A stretch of DNA of 62,163 nt from Perkinsus chesapeaki ATCC PRA-425 (GCA_013115145.1 JAAPAO010000148.1:1-62163); one strand, 5' to 3'. Shown: positions 1 to 9,238, counted from the stretch's first letter. Notes: generated from the sequence alone by a model not told the origin. Numbers and translations are program-made.

Positions 1-277
1 GCATAATGATTGAGTGTGTAGAGCAGGCAAATATAGAAATAAGCAAAACCAGCCTAAGTAGGACAGTGAGTCACCATAGACGGGCAGTAGCTATACTAGC
101 ATAATCATCACTACGAGATATACTAATGTGCAAATGGGAGTATCTTGGGAATGAGACTATCTTAGGATATCCGAAACGGAAATGAAACCGCGCTCGCATG
201 AGCGAAGCGAAGGATCACAGATATACAAACGTCATGCATCTACACTTCCCTTCCGTATTCAAGTGCTTTGAAATTTG

Positions 278-321
278 GTTCCCCTACTCTCCATCTACTA
301 GTTCCCCTACTCTCCATCTAC
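278..321. repeat. Tandem duplication, 23-bp period (GTTCCCCTACTCTCCATCTAC x2 separated by TA)
   Basis: Identical 21-mers at 278-298 and 301-321. Confidence 0.9.
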
Positions 322-482
322 AGTAATAGTTGAATAACAGCCTACGGTAATAAGATCCTACTAATAGTATTATATCTATTATTATTATCTCACCATCAAC
401 AGCATTCTACACTGAGCTTAGTAGACCATACAACCTCCGAAATATCATTATCCCCTATCCCAGCAGCCCCCACCGCCGCCGC

Positions 483-1138
483 CTATGATCCCCTTAGTAC
501 CCTCTTGGGTGCGTTATTTAGACTGTTCAAGCGCTTCTCACGCTCCTCGGCTTCAACAACACTAGCACGTCTCCGACCCTCTCGGATGCACCTGTCACCA
601 CCAAGTGCATTATTCACCTCTGCGTGTCACCATTTACCTTCTGCACATAAAAGTGTCGGCTTGAATGCTGGCGGAGACGCGAAACCGCCGACGGCAACCA
701 CCACAACGACAAATTTGGGTTCCGACGTCGGCGGGCATTCGCTTGGCGTAAAGAGCGCAGCCGATCAGAGCTAATACGAGCAAGCCACCGAGGACACCTG
801 AGGGAAGGGGAGGTTGAAGCGAGGTTTAAGCGATGCATAAAGATATTTTCGAGGTTGAAATGGCTACTCCCACATTAATACCTACAACAACCCATCCAGT
901 AACTTCAGAAGATTGGCTGATTCGACGCAAATGATGGGGTACATGGCCCGGTATAGAATTGGGGTCCATTGAATGAGCTCAAGGGATAATAGAAATACTA
1001 AACACCCATAACATACCAACGACAATCCACCCGCCAACAGGAACGTTCTCCTCTAATGACCGCTGAGGCTGAGGACCGTGGAGGAGGAGGAGGCTGCTGA
1101 CTGAAGTGATGGTTCCGAGAAAAGAAGAATGCTGAATG
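483..1138 (-). CDS. Downstream exons of a host single-pass membrane protein with a cytoplasmic CxxC...CxxC zinc-ribbon-like motif, interrupted by the retrotransposon
   Basis: Phase-consistent GT-AG introns 978-1016, 798-881 and 592-637 join exons 1138-1017, 977-882, 797-638 and 591-483 into an open frame: IQHSSFLG...GWIVVG|AHSM...TGWVVVG|GVLGGLLVLALIGCALYAKR...CGGCRRRF...FMCR|RCIREG...VLRGS*. Confidence 0.65.
1135..1138. repeat. Target-site duplication, left copy (AATG)
   Basis: AATG abuts the LTR at 1139; the same 4-mer abuts the other end at 6934-6937. Confidence 0.85.
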
Positions 1139-1368
1139 TATGCTCGATCCTCCTCTTCTCTGGTGTCATGATAACTGGTTGGCATAACTCAATGTCAGGT
1201 TAGTGTTGGTTAATGGGGTTAACAACGGGTGGTCAACAAACGACCAAGTGAGATCCCGAGACGGAATTCACTGATCGTGGGACAGAACATGCATTACATG
1301 CAACATGTGCGCACGCCCCCACACTGGTGACGCTTACGCCCGTCGAACAAGCTACTCTAGAGAGTACA
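1139..1368 (-). repeat. 3' LTR (230 bp)
   Basis: Matches 6704-6933 except C1257 versus T6822. Reads TGTAC...GCATA on the minus strand. Confidence 0.95.
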
Positions 1369-1380
1369 TGCCCTCCCCCG
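1369..1380 (-). other. Polypurine tract (GGGGGAGGG) just upstream of the 3' LTR
   Basis: Minus strand reads CGGGGGAGGGCA immediately before the LTR's TGT. Confidence 0.75.
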
Positions 1381-1512
1381 AAAGAAGGAAGAAAGCATTA
1401 ACATGTCTATAACATGGTAAGTAAAAACCGCGCAACAGTAAACCCTGTCACGTCTTAGCTCTATCCGCACAGGGACAGGTAAAAAAGCTATTAGTCTTAT
1501 GATTGCTAAAAG

Positions 1513-4500
1513 CTAAACCGGAACTCCAAGCTGCTGAAACATCTTCTTCAGGCCAGCACGAAGATATCCTTGCTGAGTAAGGGCTACCTTTGGACCAGAG
1601 CAGACCAGATCGTTGTAATCGATGATGACCAAATGTTGGGCGTCCCCTTGCGTATCATACCACTTGCCTTCGTCGTCGACCACTAATCGCTGGACGGACA
1701 ACATTTCATCGAAGACATTGTTCTTAACCACTCGACCAAGATCAATACAGACAACACTCTCCGGATCATCTACGGGGCTCCGGTAGGCAATGAGGTCTCC
1801 CTCACAAAGGTTTTCTGGTAAAACTTGCTTCAACCCCTGCAAATCCGGGATGCCGAGATCACCAAATCGACGAACCATCTCCGAGGAAGGTGCCTGCCAG
1901 AGCTGCCAGCAAGGCGCTCCTCCTCCGCCTTTCAGACTCGCCATGGAACCGTCAATCTTCTCTACCACAAAAGGGCCAAGAACTTGACGTTTATGCAGAC
2001 CATCTACAATAATACGGAAAACCTTGTCCCCCACCTGTACTGGCTGTTCATGACGAACTGGACCACCGTCAAGGTTTGATACTCTGGCCTCCGCGATGAA
2101 ATGTTTCCAAACCATCTGCAAGGACCCCAATTCCTCTTTTAGTTTATCCAAGTATTCAGCGGCATCGACAGTCGACTCCGGAGCATCCGCATCCGCCCCC
2201 CCTTCCAAAAGGGATTGCAGGCCATCACGGGTCCGACCCCCATACAGCAGTTCCTCGGGGGTCACCGGACCGCCATACCTAGGCGATGTATTATGGAGGC
2301 GGCTAATAAAACCAAGATACTTGAAGGCTATAGCAAGAGGAATATTAGCAGTAAGACGGCGAAGACCCGCCTTCACAAATCCGACGGCTCTTTCAGCTTC
2401 GCCTTGGGGTTGCGGGTGGTACCCAGCCCCCATAACATGATCGATGTTGAAGGCCCGCATAACACCTGCGAGTACCGACGAAGCGAAACCCGCGCCCCGA
2501 TCTGACTGAACGTGCCGAGGAACTCCATAACGCATACTCCAGGCAATGAGGCCATCCACAGTCGAGGCCGCTGTCTGATCCGGAGTAATACGGAGCTCCA
2601 ACCAAGTACTAAAGGTATCAACCATAACCAAAATACAGGGGTTCTGGATTATGCCCTGAGTGGTATCCACAGTGATGCCATTAAAGGGCCCTAGAAAATC
2701 GACAACCACCGACTCAAACCGGGAGCGTATAGCTCTCGGCCGCTGCCCTGTAAGGGGCACAACCCGGAGGGCTTCCCTCCTACAGGAAAGACACCGCTGG
2801 CAAAAATCAGTAACCTCCCTACGGAGGTTAGGCCACCAGCACTCTTCCTGCACTCGTGCTAGCATACCGGTAGCCGTTGAATGATGCCAGTGGGCTGCTC
2901 CTAGAACTTGGGCTCGAAGGGTTTTTTCCCAGGGTGTCCTTGGCTGATGAGGGACATAGAGCCGAGCTCTCTTATCAGCATCAATAAAGTAGAGACAACC
3001 ATCCTCTCCAATAGTTAAGCACCAACTCAAGCCTCTCTCTGCGTCTGTTCTTTCAGCCTCTGGCTTTAAAAAACGACGCAACTGCACTCCCCGCCATCGT
3101 GAGTCATCAGTAGTTAAGGCTTGAGCACAGCGATCACGGAAGATGGGGGTTTTTACCCCTAGTCCCTCGGTGGTACCCTGGATCAGAAAAACGGCCTTCT
3201 GTCTGGGGGGTAAAGGCTCAGGCAATTTAAGGTCAGCAGTGCACCTTGATAATTCGTCCGCCTGGCCGTTTTCTTTCCCCTTAATATGACTAGTACGAAC
3301 AGCTATACCTCGCTCCTTCATGGCAGCCTCCGCCTCAGAAAATTGCTGAAGCATTTTCCTAACCGCGAGTTTGTCATAACCTTTGAGATGATGTAGATGA
3401 GTATCACACCAAGAGACAGTACTAGTATTGTCACAGAAAACTCTCACTGAAGTGATGTGATGAGCTATACTAGTAATACGAGCCAGTGCCTTGATAAGGG
3501 ATACCACCGCGAACAGCTCTCGCCGGTTGGTGTGCCAACGCAGTCCTGCCGGAAAAGTTTTGCACTGTTCAAGAACTACCCGACCGTCAGGGGTCTGAAT
3601 GGTCCATCCAAAACCCGACTCACAAGCATCCGAATAACCGTAGAGCTCAGTGACATCCGCCCAGCTAACATGCTCGCATGGTTTTGATAGATCACGGACT
3701 CGGTCAAAGAGCTCTTCAAGCCGCTTTCGCCCCTCTTCCCCAATTGGAAGGGGCTCATCCCACGACGCCCTATCAGTAGCCAAACCATAAGAACCAGACC
3801 ACGACCGTAGAGAGTCGAAAATCAAAGATCTCACCGGATGCTGGCATAACGGATCAGGGGCCAAACCACAGAGACGAAAAAGCTGGCGCTTAGAGACCGT
3901 ATCCCCAATCTTCCACAGGCGAGGGTCAACGGTTGGGCATGAAGCACAAAGGTTACCATTCTTAAAATACCAGTTCAAACCAATATGCTTCTTGGGCACG
4001 TCCAAGATCCTGTCTGCTTTCGCGTCAGGAAACTCAGCGGCCACGCGCTCTCCCACCCGTGAGAGGAGTTCAGATACCAAATTACCAACCACCGGATCTT
4101 CCGCGCTGACCATAAAATCATCAAAATACACAAGAAGTGTTAAACCCCTTATGTACGTAGCTCGCTCTTCAGGGAGCAGGTCCGGACATTCAGTGTTCAA
4201 TAATGCACTGTATATCGAGTGTATCAACGCTGTGGTAAAGCAGCTTAAAGCAAGGGGTCCGAACCGGACCCCGAAGGCTATCCGACGGGTCAGGAACTTC
4301 TGATTGTTGATAGTAAGGGATAGAGCCTTAGAGCGTCTCACCGTCAGGCGGTAAAAGGCTTTGGAGATATCTTTATACTGCAAATAAGCAGAGGGATAAG
4401 ACAATAGAGTGAGTGCACAGTCCGCAATGGGCAGGTCGTAGTAACCACTAGGTGGGAGGTCTCGATTCCTGCCTCTCGCGTCGGCACAGGGCCGTATGCG

Positions 4501-6750
4501 GGTTGAGGCACTCTGGGACACGACCGGGAAGATAACAATGCTCTCCCTAGGGGTCTGGCGGTCAACCCCGCCCTCATCCCCATTCCCACAAGTCCCTAGA
4601 ACTGCAGCATCCTCCTCTGGAACCCACCATCGACGCTTGAGATATTCATTAATTTCACCAGCAAAGTACTGGCGCTGGTCATCGTCCAGCTTCGATATCA
4701 AGTGGGTAGAATAATCAAACTGTCTGGCGCGCGGGTGATTTTCATTGTCTTCCTGCCAATCAAACTCAAATACGTGAGTCTGACCGGGACAGTCCCGGAT
4801 ATCTCCCCCAGCCTCGTCGATGGGCCGTATACGAAACATATACCATTTGTTGCCAGGGATCCTAGTCCAGTCCGCATAGTGGGTAGTGAGATAGGCCACC
4901 CCTCTCTCTACCAAAGTATCCAGAGAGACCTGAGGGTCCAGGACAAAATCCTTCCTAGAGGGGTACCGGCTGTAATAGTGGAAGGAGTCAGTTGTGAGGC
5001 CTTCCCCCCACAGGACCTGAAGATCTTCAGCTGGTGGTACCTCGACCAAGTCCTCAGCAGATTGGGTGCCATCAGTCGTTTGGCAAACCTCTGCCGATAT
5101 TCGGACAAGCTTGTAACCAAGTTTTTCCAATGTGGGCCTACCCACTAGCACATCGAACTTTGAGAAACCGTCTTCAAAGGAACCATCGTCAGGAACATAG
5201 AAAGCCACATCAACAGACTGATCTTGACCATATATGCAAAGCTCTGCCATGCGAGCCAATTTGACAGGACCGCCTAAGGACTGGGCGACCATCCCATCAT
5301 CACCAAGGCTAATGATATCGGCTCGGAGCTTCGCGCATGCCTCGCTTGAACATAAATTGATAGTTGAGCCTGTGTCAAAACAAGCCCGCAGCTGCTGAAC
5401 GGCGCCGTTCTGGTCGGTAAACTCTAGGGTATCTACGCAACTGTCTTTGTCGGAATATTCATGGGATAGAATATAAGTGTGGCCACTTCTCGTCACCTTC
5501 TGGCCACCTCCCTCTCCTTTTTCCTCCTTCACCGCAACACTTTTGCGGCGAGGACAGTCCCGCTTCATATGCCCTTGTTCACCACATCCAAAACAGGCCC
5601 CTGCTGCCTTGGACTTAGAATTTCTTGCACCTCGCTTGACATCAGCGGAGGGACCAACACCTCCCGACTGTGTAACTACCGAGGCTGAAGCAGACTCCTC
5701 TGTCTTAACTATGGTATCTTTGGTGATTTGGGCCCCATTTTTAGAGCCTCCAGTTTTTCCCGAGTGGCTAGGCTTCCCTCCTCCGTTTCTAGATTGATCG
5801 CCTAAGATGCCTAGGACAGCATCCAAGCTGGCCGGGCTATGACGCTGCGCTAGGTCCTCAAGCAAAGCTATAAACTCATGTATCTTCTTCGTCTTCTTTA
5901 AGATAGGGAACTCCTGAGCCCTCGCTACTTGGTTCTTGAAATAAGGGTATACCGACAGAGCCTTTAGTAACTTATCACAACGTATGTGCCATGATGTACC
6001 CGTGAAGTCAACGTCCTCCAATTGAGCGTAAACCATACGCTCTCTTGCTAAGAAGTCAGACCAAGCCTGCCAACTTTTGGGAAAAAGATTGCACCACCTC
6101 CTGAGAGCTTCGGATGTGTCCTGAACCTTGAACTCTTCAGTAGCTCTCTCAATGGCATCTTGCAAGACTTCATTACAGCTTGATAACCATTTACTAACTT
6201 GATCCACCATAGTGTCTTCTTGGTCCTTCTCCCCTTCCTCGGCTACCTCAATCAGATGCCAGGCCACCAAGGAACCATGCCGGGCTAGGCAGCATTCCAA
6301 AACACGTCTGGAAATGGTAGAAGGAGTGACATAGCTTAATAGCATTAGAGTCAACGGTGACGCCAGTCTACTCAACCGGGCGCATGACTGAACTTTCTGC
6401 CAGTTTGCTTCAGTCCAATCCGCCGTCTTGTGGATACCCCACCCCTTGCAAAAGGCCTCGAACGAGTAGACTTGCTTGCCCGAAGGTAGAAGCAAGCCCA
6501 GCCCCTTAGTCTGATTATACGGGGCAAACTGACCATAACCAAGGAGGGTGATCACTGCCTGGTGAGGATCTTCCAGGCGTCTAAGTGACTTCTCCGCGAG
6601 GTAGTCCACGTCTTCAGGGCGAGCATTGACCTCAGCGTCCATAATGACCTCGTCCAGGAAAGAGAATCGAGAGTAATCGAGATGTTTCTCGGATGATGCA
6701 CCATATGCTCGATCCTCCTCTTCTCTGGTGTCATGATAACTGGTTGGCAT
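1513..6750 (-). CDS. Gag-Pol polyprotein (1745 aa): capsid-like region, CCHC knuckle, aspartic protease, RT, RNase H, DDE integrase with GPF motif, C-terminal extension
   Basis: CFGCGEQGHMKRDC; FDTGS; DISKAFY...YFDD; YSDACESGFGW...RRELFAV...FCDNTS...ADELSR; HWHH...CQRC; VDFLGP...VDTFS...SDRG...EAER; LGPF. Confidence 0.97.
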   Translation of the reverse strand: MPTSYHDTREEEDRAYGASSEKHLDYSRFSFLDEVIMDAEVNARPEDVDYLAEKSLRRLEDPHQAVITLLGYGQFAPYNQTKGLGLLLPSGKQVYSFEAFCKGWGIHKTADWTEANWQKVQSCARLSRLASPLTLMLLSYVTPSTISRRVLECCLARHGSLVAWHLIEVAEEGEKDQEDTMVDQVSKWLSSCNEVLQDAIERATEEFKVQDTSEALRRWCNLFPKSWQAWSDFLARERMVYAQLEDVDFTGTSWHIRCDKLLKALSVYPYFKNQVARAQEFPILKKTKKIHEFIALLEDLAQRHSPASLDAVLGILGDQSRNGGGKPSHSGKTGGSKNGAQITKDTIVKTEESASASVVTQSGGVGPSADVKRGARNSKSKAAGACFGCGEQGHMKRDCPRRKSVAVKEEKGEGGGQKVTRSGHTYILSHEYSDKDSCVDTLEFTDQNGAVQQLRACFDTGSTINLCSSEACAKLRADIISLGDDGMVAQSLGGPVKLARMAELCIYGQDQSVDVAFYVPDDGSFEDGFSKFDVLVGRPTLEKLGYKLVRISAEVCQTTDGTQSAEDLVEVPPAEDLQVLWGEGLTTDSFHYYSRYPSRKDFVLDPQVSLDTLVERGVAYLTTHYADWTRIPGNKWYMFRIRPIDEAGGDIRDCPGQTHVFEFDWQEDNENHPRARQFDYSTHLISKLDDDQRQYFAGEINEYLKRRWWVPEEDAAVLGTCGNGDEGGVDRQTPRESIVIFPVVSQSASTRIRPCADARGRNRDLPPSGYYDLPIADCALTLLSYPSAYLQYKDISKAFYRLTVRRSKALSLTINNQKFLTRRIAFGVRFGPLALSCFTTALIHSIYSALLNTECPDLLPEERATYIRGLTLLVYFDDFMVSAEDPVVGNLVSELLSRVGERVAAEFPDAKADRILDVPKKHIGLNWYFKNGNLCASCPTVDPRLWKIGDTVSKRQLFRLCGLAPDPLCQHPVRSLIFDSLRSWSGSYGLATDRASWDEPLPIGEEGRKRLEELFDRVRDLSKPCEHVSWADVTELYGYSDACESGFGWTIQTPDGRVVLEQCKTFPAGLRWHTNRRELFAVVSLIKALARITSIAHHITSVRVFCDNTSTVSWCDTHLHHLKGYDKLAVRKMLQQFSEAEAAMKERGIAVRTSHIKGKENGQADELSRCTADLKLPEPLPPRQKAVFLIQGTTEGLGVKTPIFRDRCAQALTTDDSRWRGVQLRRFLKPEAERTDAERGLSWCLTIGEDGCLYFIDADKRARLYVPHQPRTPWEKTLRAQVLGAAHWHHSTATGMLARVQEECWWPNLRREVTDFCQRCLSCRREALRVVPLTGQRPRAIRSRFESVVVDFLGPFNGITVDTTQGIIQNPCILVMVDTFSTWLELRITPDQTAASTVDGLIAWSMRYGVPRHVQSDRGAGFASSVLAGVMRAFNIDHVMGAGYHPQPQGEAERAVGFVKAGLRRLTANIPLAIAFKYLGFISRLHNTSPRYGGPVTPEELLYGGRTRDGLQSLLEGGADADAPESTVDAAEYLDKLKEELGSLQMVWKHFIAEARVSNLDGGPVRHEQPVQVGDKVFRIIVDGLHKRQVLGPFVVEKIDGSMASLKGGGGAPCWQLWQAPSSEMVRRFGDLGIPDLQGLKQVLPENLCEGDLIAYRSPVDDPESVVCIDLGRVVKNNVFDEMLSVQRLVVDDEGKWYDTQGDAQHLVIIDYNDLVCSGPKVALTQQGYLRAGLKKMFQQLGVPV
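6686..6703 (-). other. Primer-binding site, probably tRNA-Gly
   Basis: TGGTGCATCATCCGAGAA directly follows the 5' LTR. It is complementary to a tRNA 3' end ...ATGATGCA-CCA, and cytosolic tRNA-Gly species commonly end in UGCA-CCA. Confidence 0.8.
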
Positions 6751-6933
6751 AACTCAATGTCAGGTTAGTGTTGGTTAATGGGGTTAACAACGGGTGGTCA
6801 ACAAACGACCAAGTGAGATCCTGAGACGGAATTCACTGATCGTGGGACAGAACATGCATTACATGCAACATGTGCGCACGCCCCCACACTGGTGACGCTT
6901 ACGCCCGTCGAACAAGCTACTCTAGAGAGTACA
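6704..6933 (-). repeat. 5' LTR (230 bp), contains the gag-pol ATG at 6750
   Basis: Direct repeat of 1139-1368. Confidence 0.95.
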
Positions 6934-6945
6934 AATGGACCACAT
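6934..6945 (-). CDS. First four codons (ATG TGG TCC ATT, MWSI) of the interrupted host gene; includes the right TSD copy 6934-6937
   Basis: Removing the element and one TSD gives ATG TGG TCC ATT CAG CAT..., in frame with the 1138-483 exons. A polypyrimidine tract plus AG acceptor lies at 6960-6980. Confidence 0.6.
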
Positions 6946-7151
6946 TACCAGTCCATCAACTAAAAGGAGGAGGAGAAGGACACACGTACAGAAGGGCGAG
7001 CGCTAGGATCGGCTCTCCGTCGCTCGCCACGAAAATGATTTGGCTCTTCGGAAAATGCTTGCTCAACTTTTTGAGCCAGTTATTGGGTCGGTTTTCGGGG
7101 CGTGAATTATCTTCATTGTTATTGATTCAGTTGTATTTAATACTGTTGTGA

Positions 7152-8056
7152 ATGACTAAAACAAGATCTCTCATGTCATCACCTACGACGACTCTTATAA
7201 CCATCGTAGCTGCCTGCCTCACTATCGCTCTCACCAGCCCCATGAAGTACCGTACTTACAATGGTTATGCCGACAATCGTACCAAATCTTGCTGGCCCGA
7301 GATGTCCACGGTTCAGCTTAACCTGAGCTCCCAAACGTTCCCCGAATACATGCACGGTTCACTCATCTACTCGGGCCACGGTGGCGACGCCTTTCAAATT
7401 GCCAATAGCTACTTAGTCAAATATTCATCACTATCAAACATTGCCCCTCTCTATCCGCACTGCTACCGCTTCAGTTGGACCTCCCTCGACCACCGCCGAG
7501 GCAGTAACGACATTATTCTCATCTGCATTGAAAACGGATATGAATTGGGCGATCAGGCTGTGATATACTACCGTACGAAAGCTAGAGAAGAAAGCTAGAG
7601 AAAATCGAGTGTCCAGTTGCTCTCTGGTCTTTGCCGCCTGACCTCTCACTCCTCACTACTGGTCACAGCTTGCCCAGTGGACGGGTAACACTGAAGAGTC
7701 ATCACGAATCAGCATCAGTCAGTATATTGTTCGAATCTCTTGATGATATGTCCTTCATTGAGATGGATTCCCTCAAGCTCAAGCCTGTTGTAGGTCGTCA
7801 AGGTTACTTCGATTTGTATAGTTCCGACGAACTCTCCCTCTCGACCGGTCTAGCCACAGCGGGAGGTATTATTAAAGTCTACCCGCTGAGGCCAGATAAT
7901 ATCCATATCTACCTGCCCGCCGACCTCAACCAGGCAACACTAACGTTGCCAGAGAACCTCGCCGATGGATTTGGGAGGAAAATCACAGTGCCATTACGAC
8001 CCACCTCGCAGGAAGAAGCAGTACTTAGAGACCTATACAAGGATCTAGCTGATTGA
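7152..8056 (+). CDS. Putative secreted protein split into ORFs 7152-7598 and 7631-8056
   Basis: Hydrophobic N-terminus (LITIVAACLTIALT). The frame break coincides with a 13-bp tandem duplication at 7578-7602, and the second frame is open from 7586. Confidence 0.55.
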
Positions 8057-8536
8057 TAGAATATTATAGATTGTACTGTGGTAGATGTAATACTGTCAAT
8101 TGTACTCCGTTGGTCACTGTCTCGGAGGCAGCTCGAACACAACCTGTCCCCATCTCACTTTATTAAGTTTATATTTCACATCATACTCACTTGTTCAATT
8201 CCTATCCCAATAGCTATTCAAGTCTATCTATAAATGATTAGCTGTGCGTTATGCCTAGTTCCTCTTGAGTTGTAGTAGTATCCACAAGCCGCCTCACTCG
8301 CTCAACTTACCCACTTGGTGACAACCACTAACTTTTACCATAAGCGTTAAGCATTTACGGTGCCCAGGAAATAATCCTGAAGTCAATTACTGGGATTATT
8401 ATTATATTGTCGGGATCAAAGAAGAGGGTTGTTGAGCGTCCATATCATTGATAGACGACATGGAGCTGCGGCAGCTACTCTGTGGTTACCCCATAACCAC
8501 GGCAACATTTCTGCGTTCCCAGGTCGGTTTGGAGAA

Positions 8537-9238
8537 ATGTCGGTGATGGCTGATATTTTGAGTTTGCTCCGCGACCGGCTAGGGTCCCATGCGGAGGCGG
8601 TCGTACCTTTTGGAAGTCGCGTTATATTACCCAACTATCAAAAAGGAGATATCGACGTAGCTGTTATACTGGCCGCCGGTCGTAGTGGCGCTGTAAGCAG
8701 CAGGGGCGAGGTCTGAACTGAAGCCTCATCATGGCTCAGACACTTGAACGAGGCGAGATAGAAAAGGAAATGCAGAAAGTCCGGCGAGCACTTGTGGTGC
8801 CCGACTTGGAGAACGATGACGATACACCAATGCTAGAAGTTGAAAAGTCATTGCCGAGGGCCAGGATACCGCTTTTGAAGGTAGGAGTGATTACCTGGGG
8901 AAATACCTTCATCGGTAGATGACACACGTGCCAACCAAAACGGCAATCGACTTGGTAGTCCACCTCGGCCATCCGGTAGTCTCCTCCTGGTTCCTGAGGG
9001 ACATAGTTGCTTACTCGAAGTAATGTTTCTACTATGCACTCTTTATAACAGGACTAATCTAGGACCGCGCGAGAGCTGATTCCCTTGGTTCGTCAATGGG
9101 CGGCCTCGAAGAAGATCACGCGTGCTGATATTGGGATGTTGCCAAAGTAAGTCTAAGCCACTTGTTAGTCCCAAATTGTCACATTCAAAACGTTGTTGTT
9201 TGTCTAAAGACAGTAGCTGGCAGTATAGACATAAATGA
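8537..9238 (+). CDS. Pol-beta-type nucleotidyltransferase (TENT/TUTase/Trf4-Cid1-like), apparently C-terminally truncated
   Basis: Spliced reading gives PFGSRVILPNYQKGDIDVAV, RARIPLLK, AIDLVV and ELIPLVRQWAASKKI...GMLP. Confidence 0.7.

Larger units (their letters stand above)
1139..6933 (-). mobile_element. Full-length LTR retrotransposon, apparently intact
   Basis: Paired 230-bp direct repeats, TSD, PBS, PPT and an uninterrupted gag-pol ORF with domain order CCHC-PR-RT-RH-IN. Confidence 0.97.

Noticed and set aside
920-980. SFNGPQF in a minus frame resembling an integrase SDNGPQF motif
   Set aside because: No other integrase motifs nearby, and a different frame is the spliced host exon.
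1137-1138. Reading the 3' LTR as ending in canonical ...CATACA at 1137
   Set aside because: Those two bases are not shared with the 5' LTR and belong to the AATG duplication; including them destroys the TSD.
1790-5797. Numerous plus-strand ORFs inside the retrotransposon
   Set aside because: Short antisense shadows of gag-pol with no recognisable motifs.
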